Below are positions 40,010 through 50,993 of a stretch of DNA of 64,000 nt, one piece after another. Origin of the DNA: Magallana gigas (taxonomy: Eukaryota). The notes beneath the pieces are model-generated. The model searched no databases. It was given only the letters and a program-made list of their open reading frames with translations, and had not been told where the DNA came from. Position 1 is the stretch's first letter; each line of letters begins with the position of its first letter. The stretch lies in contig NC_088853.1 in NCBI RefSeq assembly GCF_963853765.1, forward strand, positions 53,258,001 through 53,322,000, given 5' to 3'. The position numbers and the translations under genes were made by a program.

Positions 40010-40636
40010 TCAAAATACTGTCACTTTTTCTTTGCGAGAGGTAATTATGGTATTATCTCTTTTCAGATTCGGTTTTCTAGGGCTCGAGGTTTTTTTCTTG
40101 TCACCGGCTGGTGGATTATTTTCTTTTTCAGGGCATTCGGAGGCCCAATGTCCAAGGTTTTGACAAATATAGCAGGGATCTTTGTCTTTGCTTTTTTTAG
40201 GAGGATCCTGCTTTTGTGGACATTCAGGTGCCCAATGCCCTAGTTCTCCGCAGATATAACAGGGATTTGTTTTCCTGGTCGGGATTTTTGATGTGACAGG
40301 TGTCGTATTCCTGGTCTCATTTTTTATTTCACCTACTTGTTCGCTTAGAGCCTGTAGATCATTGGTAATAATTTTCCTGGTTTCACTGATTTCGTTGGCG
40401 AGATTCATCAGATTGTTGATGCTCCCATCTAGGGTGGCCATGAGCAGAGCAAGATCTTCTTTAGTAGCTGGTTTTTCTTGATCCAAGCATGCCAGTTCAA
40501 GATCCGTTGCATCCTGCGATTCCGTGATAGACTGATAATAATTCATAGATTCCCTAAGTGTGGTAGGATGATTATAATTTAAACTGGCAGAGACAGGGTC
40601 TGGACTATCAAAGCGGTCTAGTTGTTTCTGCGCCAT
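40010..40636 (-). CDS. Coiled-coil protein with two CCHC zinc knuckles (Gag nucleocapsid-like)
   Basis: CYICGELGHWAPEC and CYICQNLGHWASEC (C-x2-C-x4-H-x4-C); upstream TATAAA near 40690; AATAAA downstream near 39910. Confidence 0.8.
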   Translation of the reverse strand: MAQKQLDRFDSPDPVSASLNYNHPTTLRESMNYYQSITESQDATDLELACLDQEKPATKEDLALLMATLDGSINNLMNLANEISETRKIITNDLQALSEQVGEIKNETRNTTPVTSKIPTRKTNPCYICGELGHWAPECPQKQDPPKKSKDKDPCYICQNLGHWASECPEKENNPPAGDKKKTSSPRKPNLKRDNTIITSRKEKVTVF

Positions 40637-40685
40637 GTCTGTTTAATGTCAGAGCAAGACTGAGGGAAAAAGCAGCGATGTGCTA

Positions 40686-41030
40686 CTTTATAAATCTTAT
40701 GCAGTCTTGTGCACGAGGCTCTAAAAATAGCAATTTTTTCTTAAAATAGCATTTTTGCTATATACTAAATAGATCCGATGCAATAGATATTTTAAAAATA
40801 GCACATTTCTAAAATTGGCTATCATTTTTTTCCATATTTGCTGCACGCGGCTCTAAAAATAGCTAATTTTTTCTTCTAAAATTAACAATTTTTTATCTTA
40901 TTAATAGATCCTATGCAATATCTAATTAAATAATGAAATAGCATATATATTGTTTAAAAAACAATTGTTTAAAATAGCATATATTCATTTCTAAAAATAA
41001 ATCTGTTTTCATTTCCCTTTATGTATAAAA
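40686..41030. promoter_or_regulatory. Divergent promoter region with two TATA boxes and repeated YTA(A/T)4TAR (MEF2-consensus) motifs
   Basis: TATA boxes near 40690 (minus) and 41024 (plus); CTAAAAATAG at 40721 and 40853, TTAAAAATAG 40792, CTAAAATTAA 40876, CTAAAAATAA 40991. Confidence 0.5.
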
Positions 41031-41066
41031 AGCGTGTTCGATCGAAGCACTTGAAGAGAATTGATC

Positions 41067-44000
41067 ATGACGCTCACATCTATTAAAAAGAGTCTTCTCC
41101 GCGAGCAACGCCGTTTGAGAGAATATCGATTGAAGCAAGAACGTTTAAAACTAAGAAAAGAAAACAACCAAATACTTCAGCATTTACGGCTTTTTAGAAG
41201 AAATCTTCAACGGAAAAAGAAATTGGCCCAAACGAGAGAAAAATCCAAGTACTATCAGATCAGACTGGATCGAGGTCGTCGTTCACGTAAATTTAAGGTC
41301 CAAGAAAATGTATACAATGTGAATTTTAAACCAATACCTCAGAAAGATCATTCTCCCTTCGTTCGGAATGTGATAAGTGAGATGTTAAACGAAGTAAAAG
41401 AACAAATGCGTTGTGACCCCGACGATTATTTGCGATTAAACATACGACACCCCTCCTTAGATTCTGACATTTGGTATGAATTTACTCAATGCAAGCATCT
41501 AAATGCTGAGGGATTACTCGCTAAAATAAAAGGGGTACAACAATCTAAAAGAGATTTCACCATGACGGACGGAGCTGTTCAGTTTGATTTTGTTCATGTC
41601 CAGTATCCTCAAGGAAGTGGTGGAAATAAGAAAAAACACCTATATACAAACAAGGAGAAATTCAAAAAAGGGAAAAAGTCCATTCTGAGTATTCAGAACA
41701 CAGATTCTTTATGTTTACCTCGCGCTATTGTAGTTGCTCGTCTACACAGTAAAAAACCACAGGACCCCGGAGCTTTTAACGCCTGGCAAAAACAATGGAA
41801 GCGGATACAAGAAGCCGATTGTAGAAGTGCAGTTCAAAAGAAACAAGCTCTAGAGCTGATGGAACTTGCCGGGTGTGATTCAACTCTATCTTCTTGTGGA
41901 CCTCTAGAGCAGGGGAATTTACAGGGGGTGTTGTACCCTGAATTCCGCTTGAAGATATTTCAATTCCAAGCAAACAGTTCTACATTAAAATTAGAGCCAA
42001 TATACAAGGGATATGGAAACGGCAAGTGCTTAAACGTGTTGTTAGATCAAGGGCATTATGATACTATACTCTCTATGCCTGGGATTAGTGAACACCAGTA
42101 TTACTGTGATGATTGTGATGTAGGATACAGCCACATTGAAGAACATCGTACCACTTGTCAATATTGCTGCTCTTTTTGTCTGAGCGAGACCCCCTGCCCC
42201 CCGGACGGCAGCTGCATCGAATGTTCCGAATGTCATGGTTTTTTTAAGAGCATGACATGTTACCAGAGTCACTTAAAACCGTACAGTTCTAAGACTAGCA
42301 CCACTGTTTGCAGTATGATGGATCGATGCCAGCACTGTCAGTCCTGGATGGCTAAAAAATTGTTAGCAAATCACAAATGTGGAGGCCAGAAAAAATGCAA
42401 GATCTGTAAGAAAATTGTTGACAAGGACCACCAATGTTACGTTCAGAAGAAACCCTAAAAGAAAAAGAAAAAAGACAAATTACAGCTGTACATTTATTTC
42501 GATTTCGAATGCACACAAGAACATGGTATTCATATCCCGAATTTATGTGTGGCCCATCGTGTCTGTCAACACTGCGATCACTTACCTGTTAACGAACCCT
42601 GTACCAATTGTCAGGCTTTAGGACCCCGTCAACATGTCTTTCGAGGACCAGATACCTTAAAACATTTTGTAGAGTGGCTATTACAACCTGAATGCAAGGT
42701 TAACAACGTATCACAGTTAGTGCACGAAGGGGCTATTGTTATCGCTCACAATTTTAAAGGGTATGACGGGCAATTTATCTTGAATTATATAGTTCACAAA
42801 GCCTGTATCAAACCCTCTGTCATCATGAACGGAAGTAAATATTATCTATGGAAATTTGTGGGGTAAAATTCATAGATTCTTACAACTTTTTGCCTTTTGC
42901 ATTGTCTAAAATGCCTTCTGCTTTCGGCTTCCGGGAACTAAAAAAAGGATATTTTCCTCATTTTTTCAATACCGAACGGAACCAGAATTATGTAGGAGTC
43001 TATCCCTCACCCGCTTTCTACAATCCAGACGACATGAGTACCTCGGGACGCAAAGCTTTCTACGCTTGGTATGAGAAACAGCAGGGAAATGTGTTTAATT
43101 TTCAAGAAGAATTCCTAGCCTATTGTATTTCAGATGTGGATATTTTAAGACCTTGTTGTGCTCAGTTTAGAACAACTATTCAAACCCTTGTCCGTGTGAA
43201 TCCTTTTCAAGAAGCTATAACCTTTGCCAGCACTGCAAATCTCGCTTACCGACGGAGTTTCATGCCTGAACACACCATAGCTATCATTCCTAATCTGGGA
43301 TACCATCCCGCTCGACAGTATTCCATTAAAGCATGTCGTTGGTTGGCCTGGGAGGGTCGGGAAAAGTCTATTCGACATGCCAAAAACGGAGGGGAGGTCA
43401 GACTCGGGAATTTTACAGTAGATGGCTACGATGAGGTCAACAACACTGTGTATGAATTCCACGGTTGTTACTGGCATGGCTGCCCTATATGTTATCCAGA
43501 TAGGGTCACAGACATTCATCCTCATCACTTTGATAGGACTTATGCTACAGTCTACGAGCAGACTCTACGACGGGAAAAAGCATTACGAGATGAAGGTTAC
43601 AATGTTGTCAGTATCTGGGAGCACGAATTTGACCAACAACTGAAAAACCAGGAAGAGTTACAGACATTTTTAGAGCATTTAGACTTTCAAGATCCTTTAA
43701 ATCCCCGAGATAGTTTGTACGGCGGTCGTACCAATGCTACTCGTTTGTTTTGTACAGAGGGAGATATGCGATATGTAGATGTTTGTTCTCTGTATCCTTA
43801 CGTTTTGAAATACAAACCTTTCCCCGTGGGCCACCCCGAAATCCTGACCGAAAATTTCGGAGATGTGAGATCTTACTTCGGACTGATCAAATGTCGCGTC
43901 TTACCCCCACATGGTCTGTATCATCCCGTCTTACCCTATCGCACAGGGGGTAAATTACTGTTTCCTTTATGTCGGACCTGTGCAAAACAACGATTGGCTC

Positions 44001-44807
44001 TAGACCCCGAGTACAGATGTCAACAATCGGATTCAGATCGGTGTCTGACGGGAACATGGGTAACCACAGAACTACAGAAAGCGGTTGAAATTTGATCACA
44101 TTTACGAAATCTGGCATTTCCCTCAAAGCAGTGAGACCTTGTTCAAAGCTTATATCGACACCTTTCTTAAAATCAATCAAGAAGCTTCAGGATTTCCACC
44201 CGACTGTGAAAGTAAAGAACAGAAACAAGCATACATACATGATATTTACCAAAGGGAAGGTATCATGTTAGATTTGCTAGAAGTCGAGAAAAACCCAGTC
44301 AAACGCACTATAGCTAAACTGTTTTTAAACTGTCTGTGGGGGAAATTCGCTCAAAGAATCCAGCTACCGAAATCTCGATACCTGACAGAGGAAGCAGAAT
44401 TTCAACAATTATTACAAGATACCAGCTTAGAGGTCAAAGGGGTAGAACTCTTACAAAATTTGGAGGATCCTAACTCTGACATGATATTGATCAATTATGA
44501 GGAGAAAAAAGAATTCGTGGAAGAATGTCCCTTTGGTAACGTGGTGTTAGCCTGTTTCACCACGGCTCATGCACGATTACATTTGTATGAGACATTGGAA
44601 AAACTGGGAGAACGTGTGTTATATTTCGATACAGACAGTATCATTTATCAACATGAACAGGGGGAGTTTAATCCTACAACTGTCAACAGTTTAGGAGGAT
44701 GGACTGATGAATTAGACGGGGGTCACATTATCAAGTTTATGTCAGGGGGCCCAAAGAATTATGCTTTTGAAATAGACTGTGGAAACATTGTTTCAACTGA
44801 AACATGA
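41067..44807 (+). pseudogene. polB: Protein-primed family B DNA polymerase (pPolB) with Cys-rich N-terminal region and endonuclease-like insert; disrupted and 3'-truncated
   Basis: YFDFEC, AHNFKGYD, FIDS.NF, VDGYD...YEFHGCYWHGC, YGGRT, YVDVCSLYP, KLFLNCLWGKF, YFDTDS, GGPKNY; stop at 42456, frameshifts ~42845 and ~44090. Confidence 0.95.
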
Positions 44808-45472
44808 ATTTACCATGGTGGTAGCAGGCCCTTCTAAGTCGGGAAAAACTGAATTTGTTAAAAAGCTAGTAGAAAATACTCATTGGATCTCCCCATCCCC
44901 CGAAAAAATCATCTGGTGTTATCGAGAATGGCAACCAGCCTACGAATCTCTTACAACATCGCGTAAAGTTTATACGCAATATTCCCGAAGATGATGAGAA
45001 ATTGGTAGCAGATATCGAGACTCGACACCTCTTAATTTTTGATGATATGATGGGAGGCAGGGCTATCGAATCTATTGTGGATTGGTTTACAAGAAAAGCC
45101 CATCATCGGAATACTAGTGTTATTTACATTACTCAAAATGTATTTGATCGAGCAGCTCAACATCGCACTATTAGTTTAAACGCTCATTATTTAGTCTTGT
45201 TTAAAAATCCTAGAGACAAGTCTCAAATTGTCGTGTTGAGTCGACAATTAGATATGCCACATTTAATCTCGGCCTATCATGATGCCACTCGAATACCCCA
45301 CGGGTACCTGATTGTGGATTTAAGCATGCCACATTTAATCTCGGCCTATCATGATGCCACTCGAATACCCCACGGGTACCTGATTGTGGATTTAAGCCCT
45401 CAGACCCCCGATGAATTACGCCTGAGAAGTCACATGTTTCAGACCCTTACAGTGTATATGCCTAGAGTATAA
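44790..45472 (+). pseudogene. Packaging ATPase (FtsK/HerA, A32-like), 5'-truncated and frameshifted
   Basis: GPSKSGKT, LLIFDD, HHRNTSVIYITQN; frameshift ~44960; 72-bp in-frame duplication at 45254-45397. Confidence 0.92.
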
Positions 45473-45510
45473 ATATTAGAGTTTACATATACCCAGAATC
45501 ATTTGAAATC

Positions 45511-46398
45511 ATGACTGGAAAGAAGTTACTACACACATTACGGCGCTTACAACATGAACGAGATCCTGAGAAACGCGCGGAAATTATTGAGCTGGGGCGA
45601 AAAGCCTTAATGAAATGGTTTTTAACCGGGGCTAAAAATTTATTGAAAGGAGTCATTCCTATCAATAAACAGACACAGCGTTTCATTGATAAACATCGTG
45701 AGGATTTAAGGGTCATTGCCAATAAAAAGGTCAATGATGATAATAGAATAAGAGCTATTCTGAAACGAGGTGGGGCTGGATTTATTGGAGGAGTCATCAT
45801 TCGTCATTTATTGAAATGGAATTTGGCCAAAGCCCGAACAGCTAAACCAAGAAAAAAAACCCAAGGACGACGACTCAAGAGTGTGATAGGAAAAGTACTC
45901 AATTCCAAGGCTCCTAAACTGAGACAGTTACCCCAGTGGATGGTAGACATAGGGAAGGTTTCCTCACGCAAAAGGAAAGCTCCTAGAAAAAAGAGATCTC
46001 CCAGGAAAACCTCTCGGAAAGGACAAAAACTGATTGTAAAACTTCCTCCAAGACAGAAAAAGCCTCCTGAACAAGTTCCTTTGACCCAGCCTTCCCCCAA
46101 TACCACATTAGCCATGGCTCAAATGAAAATGAATAGAGCGATGGCAGGGCCAATAGGGAGTCAAAGAACGCCTGATATTCAATCCAGTGTGTTTCCCAGA
46201 ATTAAAGTTCTTGTTCATCACATCCCGAGATATTCCTCATTGTTTAGTAAAGTGACAGGTTTCAGTCCGTTACAAGACCCAGATAAGAAGAACAAGAAAG
46301 GAAAATATGAATGTCGCTACTGTCCCATGGAATTTAAACTGAAAAAATCCAGAGATCAACACGAAAAAACTACTCATCTTGGCTATGCCCCTCCTTAA
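45511..46398 (+). CDS. Maverick protein with conserved NLLKG-type N-terminal domain, basic linker and C-terminal C2H2 zinc finger
   Basis: AKNLLKGVIP; Lys/Arg-rich middle; CRYC-x12-H-x4-H at the C-terminus. Confidence 0.8.
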   Translation: MTGKKLLHTLRRLQHERDPEKRAEIIELGRKALMKWFLTGAKNLLKGVIPINKQTQRFIDKHREDLRVIANKKVNDDNRIRAILKRGGAGFIGGVIIRHLLKWNLAKARTAKPRKKTQGRRLKSVIGKVLNSKAPKLRQLPQWMVDIGKVSSRKRKAPRKKRSPRKTSRKGQKLIVKLPPRQKKPPEQVPLTQPSPNTTLAMAQMKMNRAMAGPIGSQRTPDIQSSVFPRIKVLVHHIPRYSSLFSKVTGFSPLQDPDKKNKKGKYECRYCPMEFKLKKSRDQHEKTTHLGYAPP

Positions 46399-46449
46399 AA
46401 AAGTATAAAAACCCTCACAAGCTAGATATAGCTATCATTGTGAACAAAG

Positions 46450-46812
46450 ATGGGTTCAAACCAGAAGAAAAAGAAAAAGAACAAAGCCTGCAGTTGTGAA
46501 TCTCGACTAAAACCTCATTTACCGATATTACAATTATTATCGATGCCTAAATATTCATCAAAATTAAAAAATGACGTTTTAAAGCATTGTTCTAATGACT
46601 GTATTTTAAAGATTTGTGAGATTGCTTACAACCTCTTAAAAGGTAATGTACCACTAAAGTCGTCTCAGAAGATAAAACTCGCGCCTCAGAAACACATCTT
46701 GAGGCGCCTCGTTCAACCACAGTCAGTACAGAAACGCAGACGAACTTTATTATTGAATCAAAAAGGAGGTGTTTTCCCAGTCATTCCCCTAATCCTCAGT
46801 TTACTGTCTTGA
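46450..46812 (+). CDS. Conserved small Maverick protein ending in QKGG plus hydrophobic tail
   Basis: ICEIAYNLLKGNVPL...LRRL...LNQKGGVFPVIPLILSLLS. Confidence 0.8.
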   Translation: MGSNQKKKKKNKACSCESRLKPHLPILQLLSMPKYSSKLKNDVLKHCSNDCILKICEIAYNLLKGNVPLKSSQKIKLAPQKHILRRLVQPQSVQKRRRTLLLNQKGGVFPVIPLILSLLS

Positions 46813-46816
46813 AATC

Positions 46817-47635
46817 ATGAGTCGTAAAATGGTGTTAGTTCCGGAAGCAATGTTACTAGAATTGAAAGGTAAATTGCCTAAATCTCCCGAATTTCAAGCT
46901 ACCATTGGCTTAGGACATCAGTTAGACCATATTCAAGGGAGAGAAGATTTAAACCCAGAAGAAAAAGTAGCCCTCTATGGTCATCAATTACATCGTTATC
47001 GGAATTATTTACAACAAGCCCGTGATCAAGGAAAGGAGAGGACATTTACAACACCATTACCTAGCGCAGAAAAAGATAAAGAGGCAGTCGAAGATGATGG
47101 GGCTGCTGCTGATGTTGCTGCTGACCCAAGTTCCTCAGAACTAGAAGAACAGGTGATGAAAAGTGTAAGCAAACAGATGCAAAAGAGAGCAGGACTTCTA
47201 TTAGATCACCTCAAAAAAACTAAAGTCTTAAAATGGAACTCCGATGGAGAAATAAGTTATCGAGGAAAACGCATACCCCAGTCTAATATCGTTGATCTGG
47301 TAACTAATACAATGAGAACTAAATCCCGTAGAGCATTTCGCTCTCCGATCGGCATTGACGAATTTGCTCAAGCCTTGAAAGAAACCAATGTGCCGACGGA
47401 TTACCTACAGAATCCAAACATTATAAAAGCCATGCAAAAGCCTGGAAAAATCAGTACCCCTAAACCCCTTCAAGATGAAAAAGACGATAATGACGACGAT
47501 ACTGGGTTTCAGGAAGCTTTTACGTTTACTACACCACAAGCTTCTCCCTTCTTTATGACGCCAAAAGTATCAAAGACAGTAAAAAAGAGAGGAAACGCAC
47601 AAATCTTAAATTGGGATAAATTGGGCAAGAAATGA
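46817..47635 (+). CDS. Conserved Maverick hypothetical protein
   Basis: MSRKMVLVP start; LKWNSDGEISYRGKRIPQSNIVDLV block typical of Maverick core ORFs; uninterrupted 272 aa. Confidence 0.75.
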   Translation: MSRKMVLVPEAMLLELKGKLPKSPEFQATIGLGHQLDHIQGREDLNPEEKVALYGHQLHRYRNYLQQARDQGKERTFTTPLPSAEKDKEAVEDDGAAADVAADPSSSELEEQVMKSVSKQMQKRAGLLLDHLKKTKVLKWNSDGEISYRGKRIPQSNIVDLVTNTMRTKSRRAFRSPIGIDEFAQALKETNVPTDYLQNPNIIKAMQKPGKISTPKPLQDEKDDNDDDTGFQEAFTFTTPQASPFFMTPKVSKTVKKRGNAQILNWDKLGKK

Positions 47636-48735
47636 AGAAAAAGAAAAAAAAATTAGAAGACATATTACGAGAGATTTATTATGATCCTAAGACTGGATAT
47701 GGAGGCGTACAAGCCCTATACCGTCAAGTACGTGCTAAGGGGTATCCTATATCACTTACGGATATTAGAAAATGGTTAAAAGAACAAGAAACATATACTC
47801 TGCATAAACCCATTCGTCGGAAATTTAAGCGACAACAAACTCGAGTGACCGGTATCGATGAGCAATGGCAATTAGACTTAGCAGATGTATCACAGTTAAA
47901 GAAAGAGAACGAGGGTAATACCTTTTTACTGTGTGCTATCGATGTACTCTCAAAATATGCTTGGGTGGTGCCATTAAAGCAAAAAACTGGGAAGGAAATG
48001 ATACGAGGATTACAACAGATCAGTAAACAAGACGGGCGACAACCCGTTCGCATTCAGTCGGACAAGGGGAGGGAATTCACAAACAAGGAGTTTTTACGCG
48101 CTTTTAAATCCATTCATTTCTTTACCACTCGCAATGCAGAAACAAAAGCAAGTATCGTGGAGCGCTTTCAACGCACACTTAAAGCTCGCATGTGGAGATA
48201 TTTCACCCGTCATAAAACTCGCCGATATCTTGACATCTTACCGGATCTTGTGTTCGCCTACAATCACTCGTATCATCGCAGTATAAAAAGAGCTCCAGCT
48301 GATGTGAATGCCTCTAATGTATTACAAGTGTGGAAAAATCTGTATAAAAAAAATTCATCTACAACTTTCTATACTCCTAAATTTCACAAAGGTGACAGAG
48401 TGCGCATCAGTAAAGCTAAACGCACTTTTGAAAAGGGATATCTGCCTAACTGGACCAGAGAGTTATTTACGATTTCTCGTCGAGTCCAGGAAGCTGTTCC
48501 ATACAGATATAAAATACAAGACTCTCATGGAGAAGAATTAGAAGGAACATTTTACGAATCAGAAATGCAAAAAGTCATAAAAAAAGACGATGTATATGAA
48601 GTGGAGGAAATATTAGACTATAAAAAGCGGCGAGTAGGAAAAAAAATCATAACTGAAATCAAAGTGCGTTGGAAAGGATATCCTCCTAGCTTTGACTCAT
48701 GGATTCCTCAAACAGATCTCCTACTTCCCAAATGA
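47632..48735 (+). CDS. int: Retroviral-like (rve) integrase with C-terminal chromodomain, intact
   Basis: WQLDLAD, IDVLSKYAW, QSDKGREF, VERFQRTLK, GYLPNWT; YEVEEIL...VRWKGYPPSFDSWIP. Confidence 0.96.
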   Translation: MKKKKKKLEDILREIYYDPKTGYGGVQALYRQVRAKGYPISLTDIRKWLKEQETYTLHKPIRRKFKRQQTRVTGIDEQWQLDLADVSQLKKENEGNTFLLCAIDVLSKYAWVVPLKQKTGKEMIRGLQQISKQDGRQPVRIQSDKGREFTNKEFLRAFKSIHFFTTRNAETKASIVERFQRTLKARMWRYFTRHKTRRYLDILPDLVFAYNHSYHRSIKRAPADVNASNVLQVWKNLYKKNSSTTFYTPKFHKGDRVRISKAKRTFEKGYLPNWTRELFTISRRVQEAVPYRYKIQDSHGEELEGTFYESEMQKVIKKDDVYEVEEILDYKKRRVGKKIITEIKVRWKGYPPSFDSWIPQTDLLLPK

Positions 48736-48947
48736 GTGATCAATGGAAAATGTTTGGTGAAAAGATTCCTAGAGCTGAAATTGTGTATTTTGCTCAACTT
48801 CTGATCTGCCTGATATTAATAATCGCTTGTATCGTCATGTTAGTCTTACATGACTCTAATCGAGAATATTGGATGATTTGTCTTAGTTCCACCGTGGGTT
48901 ACATTATGCCCAGTCCTACTCTCCAACTCAAACCAGAATCTGCATGA
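48732..48947 (+). CDS. Small two-transmembrane-helix protein
   Basis: ATG overlaps the integrase TGA (ATGA); YFAQLLICLILIIACIVMLVL and YWMICLSSTVGYIMPSP. Confidence 0.7.
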   Translation: MSDQWKMFGEKIPRAEIVYFAQLLICLILIIACIVMLVLHDSNREYWMICLSSTVGYIMPSPTLQLKPESA

Positions 48948-49070
48948 AAAAAAGTCACGTGATCATTTTTCCATCTTAAATATGAAGTGCAGCACTAGTC
49001 ACTGACTTATTATTAGCGTGAGCGCTGAGATCAAGCTGCATGGTTTTTTGTGATCTGAGACACACCTAAG

Positions 49071-49391
49071 ATGAATGAAATACAGTACCGGTGGAAAATT
49101 ATAGATCCTCAGGGAGTCCTTAAGGGAGAATGGATGTCTACTAAACAGAATTGTTTACATGATTTCATGCAGAATCCTCACGTTCCTCAGGAAGAGAGAA
49201 AAATCTACTTATACAAAAGAATTCCGATTCCCGCTGGAAAAAGATATTTCCGGATGATTGGCAAAAGTAAATATGAACAATTTCGATGGAAAGTCAAATG
49301 TCAATGGAATGTGTTTCACCCTTCAAAAAACCACGAACCTGCATGGACTCTTATCGAGGGAGACTGGACAGATGATTTCAAAAAGTTCTAA
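49071..49391 (+). CDS. Hypothetical Maverick protein
   Basis: 106-aa ORF with ATG start inside the element; no recognised motif. Confidence 0.45.
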   Translation: MNEIQYRWKIIDPQGVLKGEWMSTKQNCLHDFMQNPHVPQEERKIYLYKRIPIPAGKRYFRMIGKSKYEQFRWKVKCQWNVFHPSKNHEPAWTLIEGDWTDDFKKF

Positions 49392-49816
49392 AGACTTTCA
49401 TGAGACGATTACCAAAGGTTATGATTTTGTGGACTCCTGTGTGCCTTACATGCGGAGACCATTTCCGATTAAAGTAAAGCGGGGGAGATCCAAGAGTGTG
49501 TGACTGGCTAAAAACAAAAACAAAACAGCATAATTAGTGATTTTTTGTCATTCAAAAAATATTAAAGAATGTGTTCTTTGTTTTTTCTGTTTTGAAATAA
49601 ATATATGTGTATAAAAAAGTGTGGTTATTAATGTCAAATTTTGATATGTAGTTATGGTTCAGAATATAATTTTTTTTTAAAAATGACTAAATATTTCTAG
49701 GTTTAAAAAAAAAAAAAAAAAAAATAGATGAATATTGGAGGGTATATTATTGTCAAACTAAATAAAGGTATAAATAGAGGGGTTTAGAAAATAATTGTTT
49801 CATTGTAATTATCAAT

Positions 49817-50836
49817 ATGGCTGGAAGTGATGGGTTCTATTTGACCTTACCCAGTGATGGGTCGATGGAGGCTTTTCCACAAAATACGGTAGCTCAGTTT
49901 AAAACGTTGTTACCTCAGACAGTCGATTTAACAGATGGAGAATGGCAAATGGGTTTGACTGAAATGATGTACGGGAGTTCTGTTAAAAACATTTTATCAA
50001 ACGAATCCTATTTTGATATTTTAGTCACACAAAACTTCAAGGCATTTGTGGATGATCCCGACATTTTTAAAATCAATCGTTTTCAGATGAAAGAAATGAA
50101 TACTACACGTCTGTCTAAACTTGACCCACTAGTAGACTGGAAATATTCTTATTTGGCACGCGATGAGAGAGCTGCAAGACGAAAAGTTAAAATTGAGGAA
50201 ATTAAAAATAAAAGAGTGAAAATTTTTCGAATTCAATTTCGTTCTGGTCCTTATGTACACCCCAAGGCGTTAATCTCTGAAATCAATGAGGGTCTTAGTT
50301 TAAGCTTGAAAAGAATCTGGGAAACCATGGGTCATCCAGAACAGAAGAGTAACATGAAACTAGTGTACTACGAAAATTTTGATCGGATTGAATATCAGTA
50401 CAACGGAGAGCTGCTCCGAACTAAAAACCCCTTTAGTGTTCGCTTCCCAGTATCTCTAGCTTTAAAATTGGGGTTTGGAACAAAGGCCTTCAACACAAAT
50501 GATGAGAGCATGACAAAGTGGATCAATGTGACCTATTTAGCTCCAAACACGATCGATTTGTACGAGAATTTGAAACAGATGTACGTGTATTGCGATGTGG
50601 TAGAACCTCAGATGGTGGGGTCTAATGCTTTGAAATTACTAAGAGTCGTTCCCGTAACTCACAGTACTCACGATCACATGCAAGCTAAATGGGAGCCTGT
50701 GAGGGCCGAATATTTGAAATTGAGTAAGAAGCATTTCGATACCATCGAAATACAGATCAGAACTCCGTTAGGCATCGTGATGCCCTTTATAAGTGGAAAA
50801 AGCATCTTAAAACTTCATTTTAAAAAACTTTATTGA
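49817..50836 (+). CDS. Minor capsid protein (penton, single jelly-roll), intact
   Basis: FYLTLPSD...FPQNT..F...LP....L..GEW.MGL; YVYCDVVEPQMVG...LLRVVP; FDTIEI.I...LG..MPF..GK....LHF. Confidence 0.9.
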   Translation: MAGSDGFYLTLPSDGSMEAFPQNTVAQFKTLLPQTVDLTDGEWQMGLTEMMYGSSVKNILSNESYFDILVTQNFKAFVDDPDIFKINRFQMKEMNTTRLSKLDPLVDWKYSYLARDERAARRKVKIEEIKNKRVKIFRIQFRSGPYVHPKALISEINEGLSLSLKRIWETMGHPEQKSNMKLVYYENFDRIEYQYNGELLRTKNPFSVRFPVSLALKLGFGTKAFNTNDESMTKWINVTYLAPNTIDLYENLKQMYVYCDVVEPQMVGSNALKLLRVVPVTHSTHDHMQAKWEPVRAEYLKLSKKHFDTIEIQIRTPLGIVMPFISGKSILKLHFKKLY

Positions 50837-50993
50837 AACAGATGGATCCCTATAGCTTGACTTTTTCCATCTTGGTTGCTGTTGTTACCTGTATAATGTG
50901 TTGCATAGAATGTTTTTACACCTTCTTTCATCACTACTAAACCTCTCTATATAAGGACTCGAAACGCACCATTCTTAACATTTAAAAAAAAAC

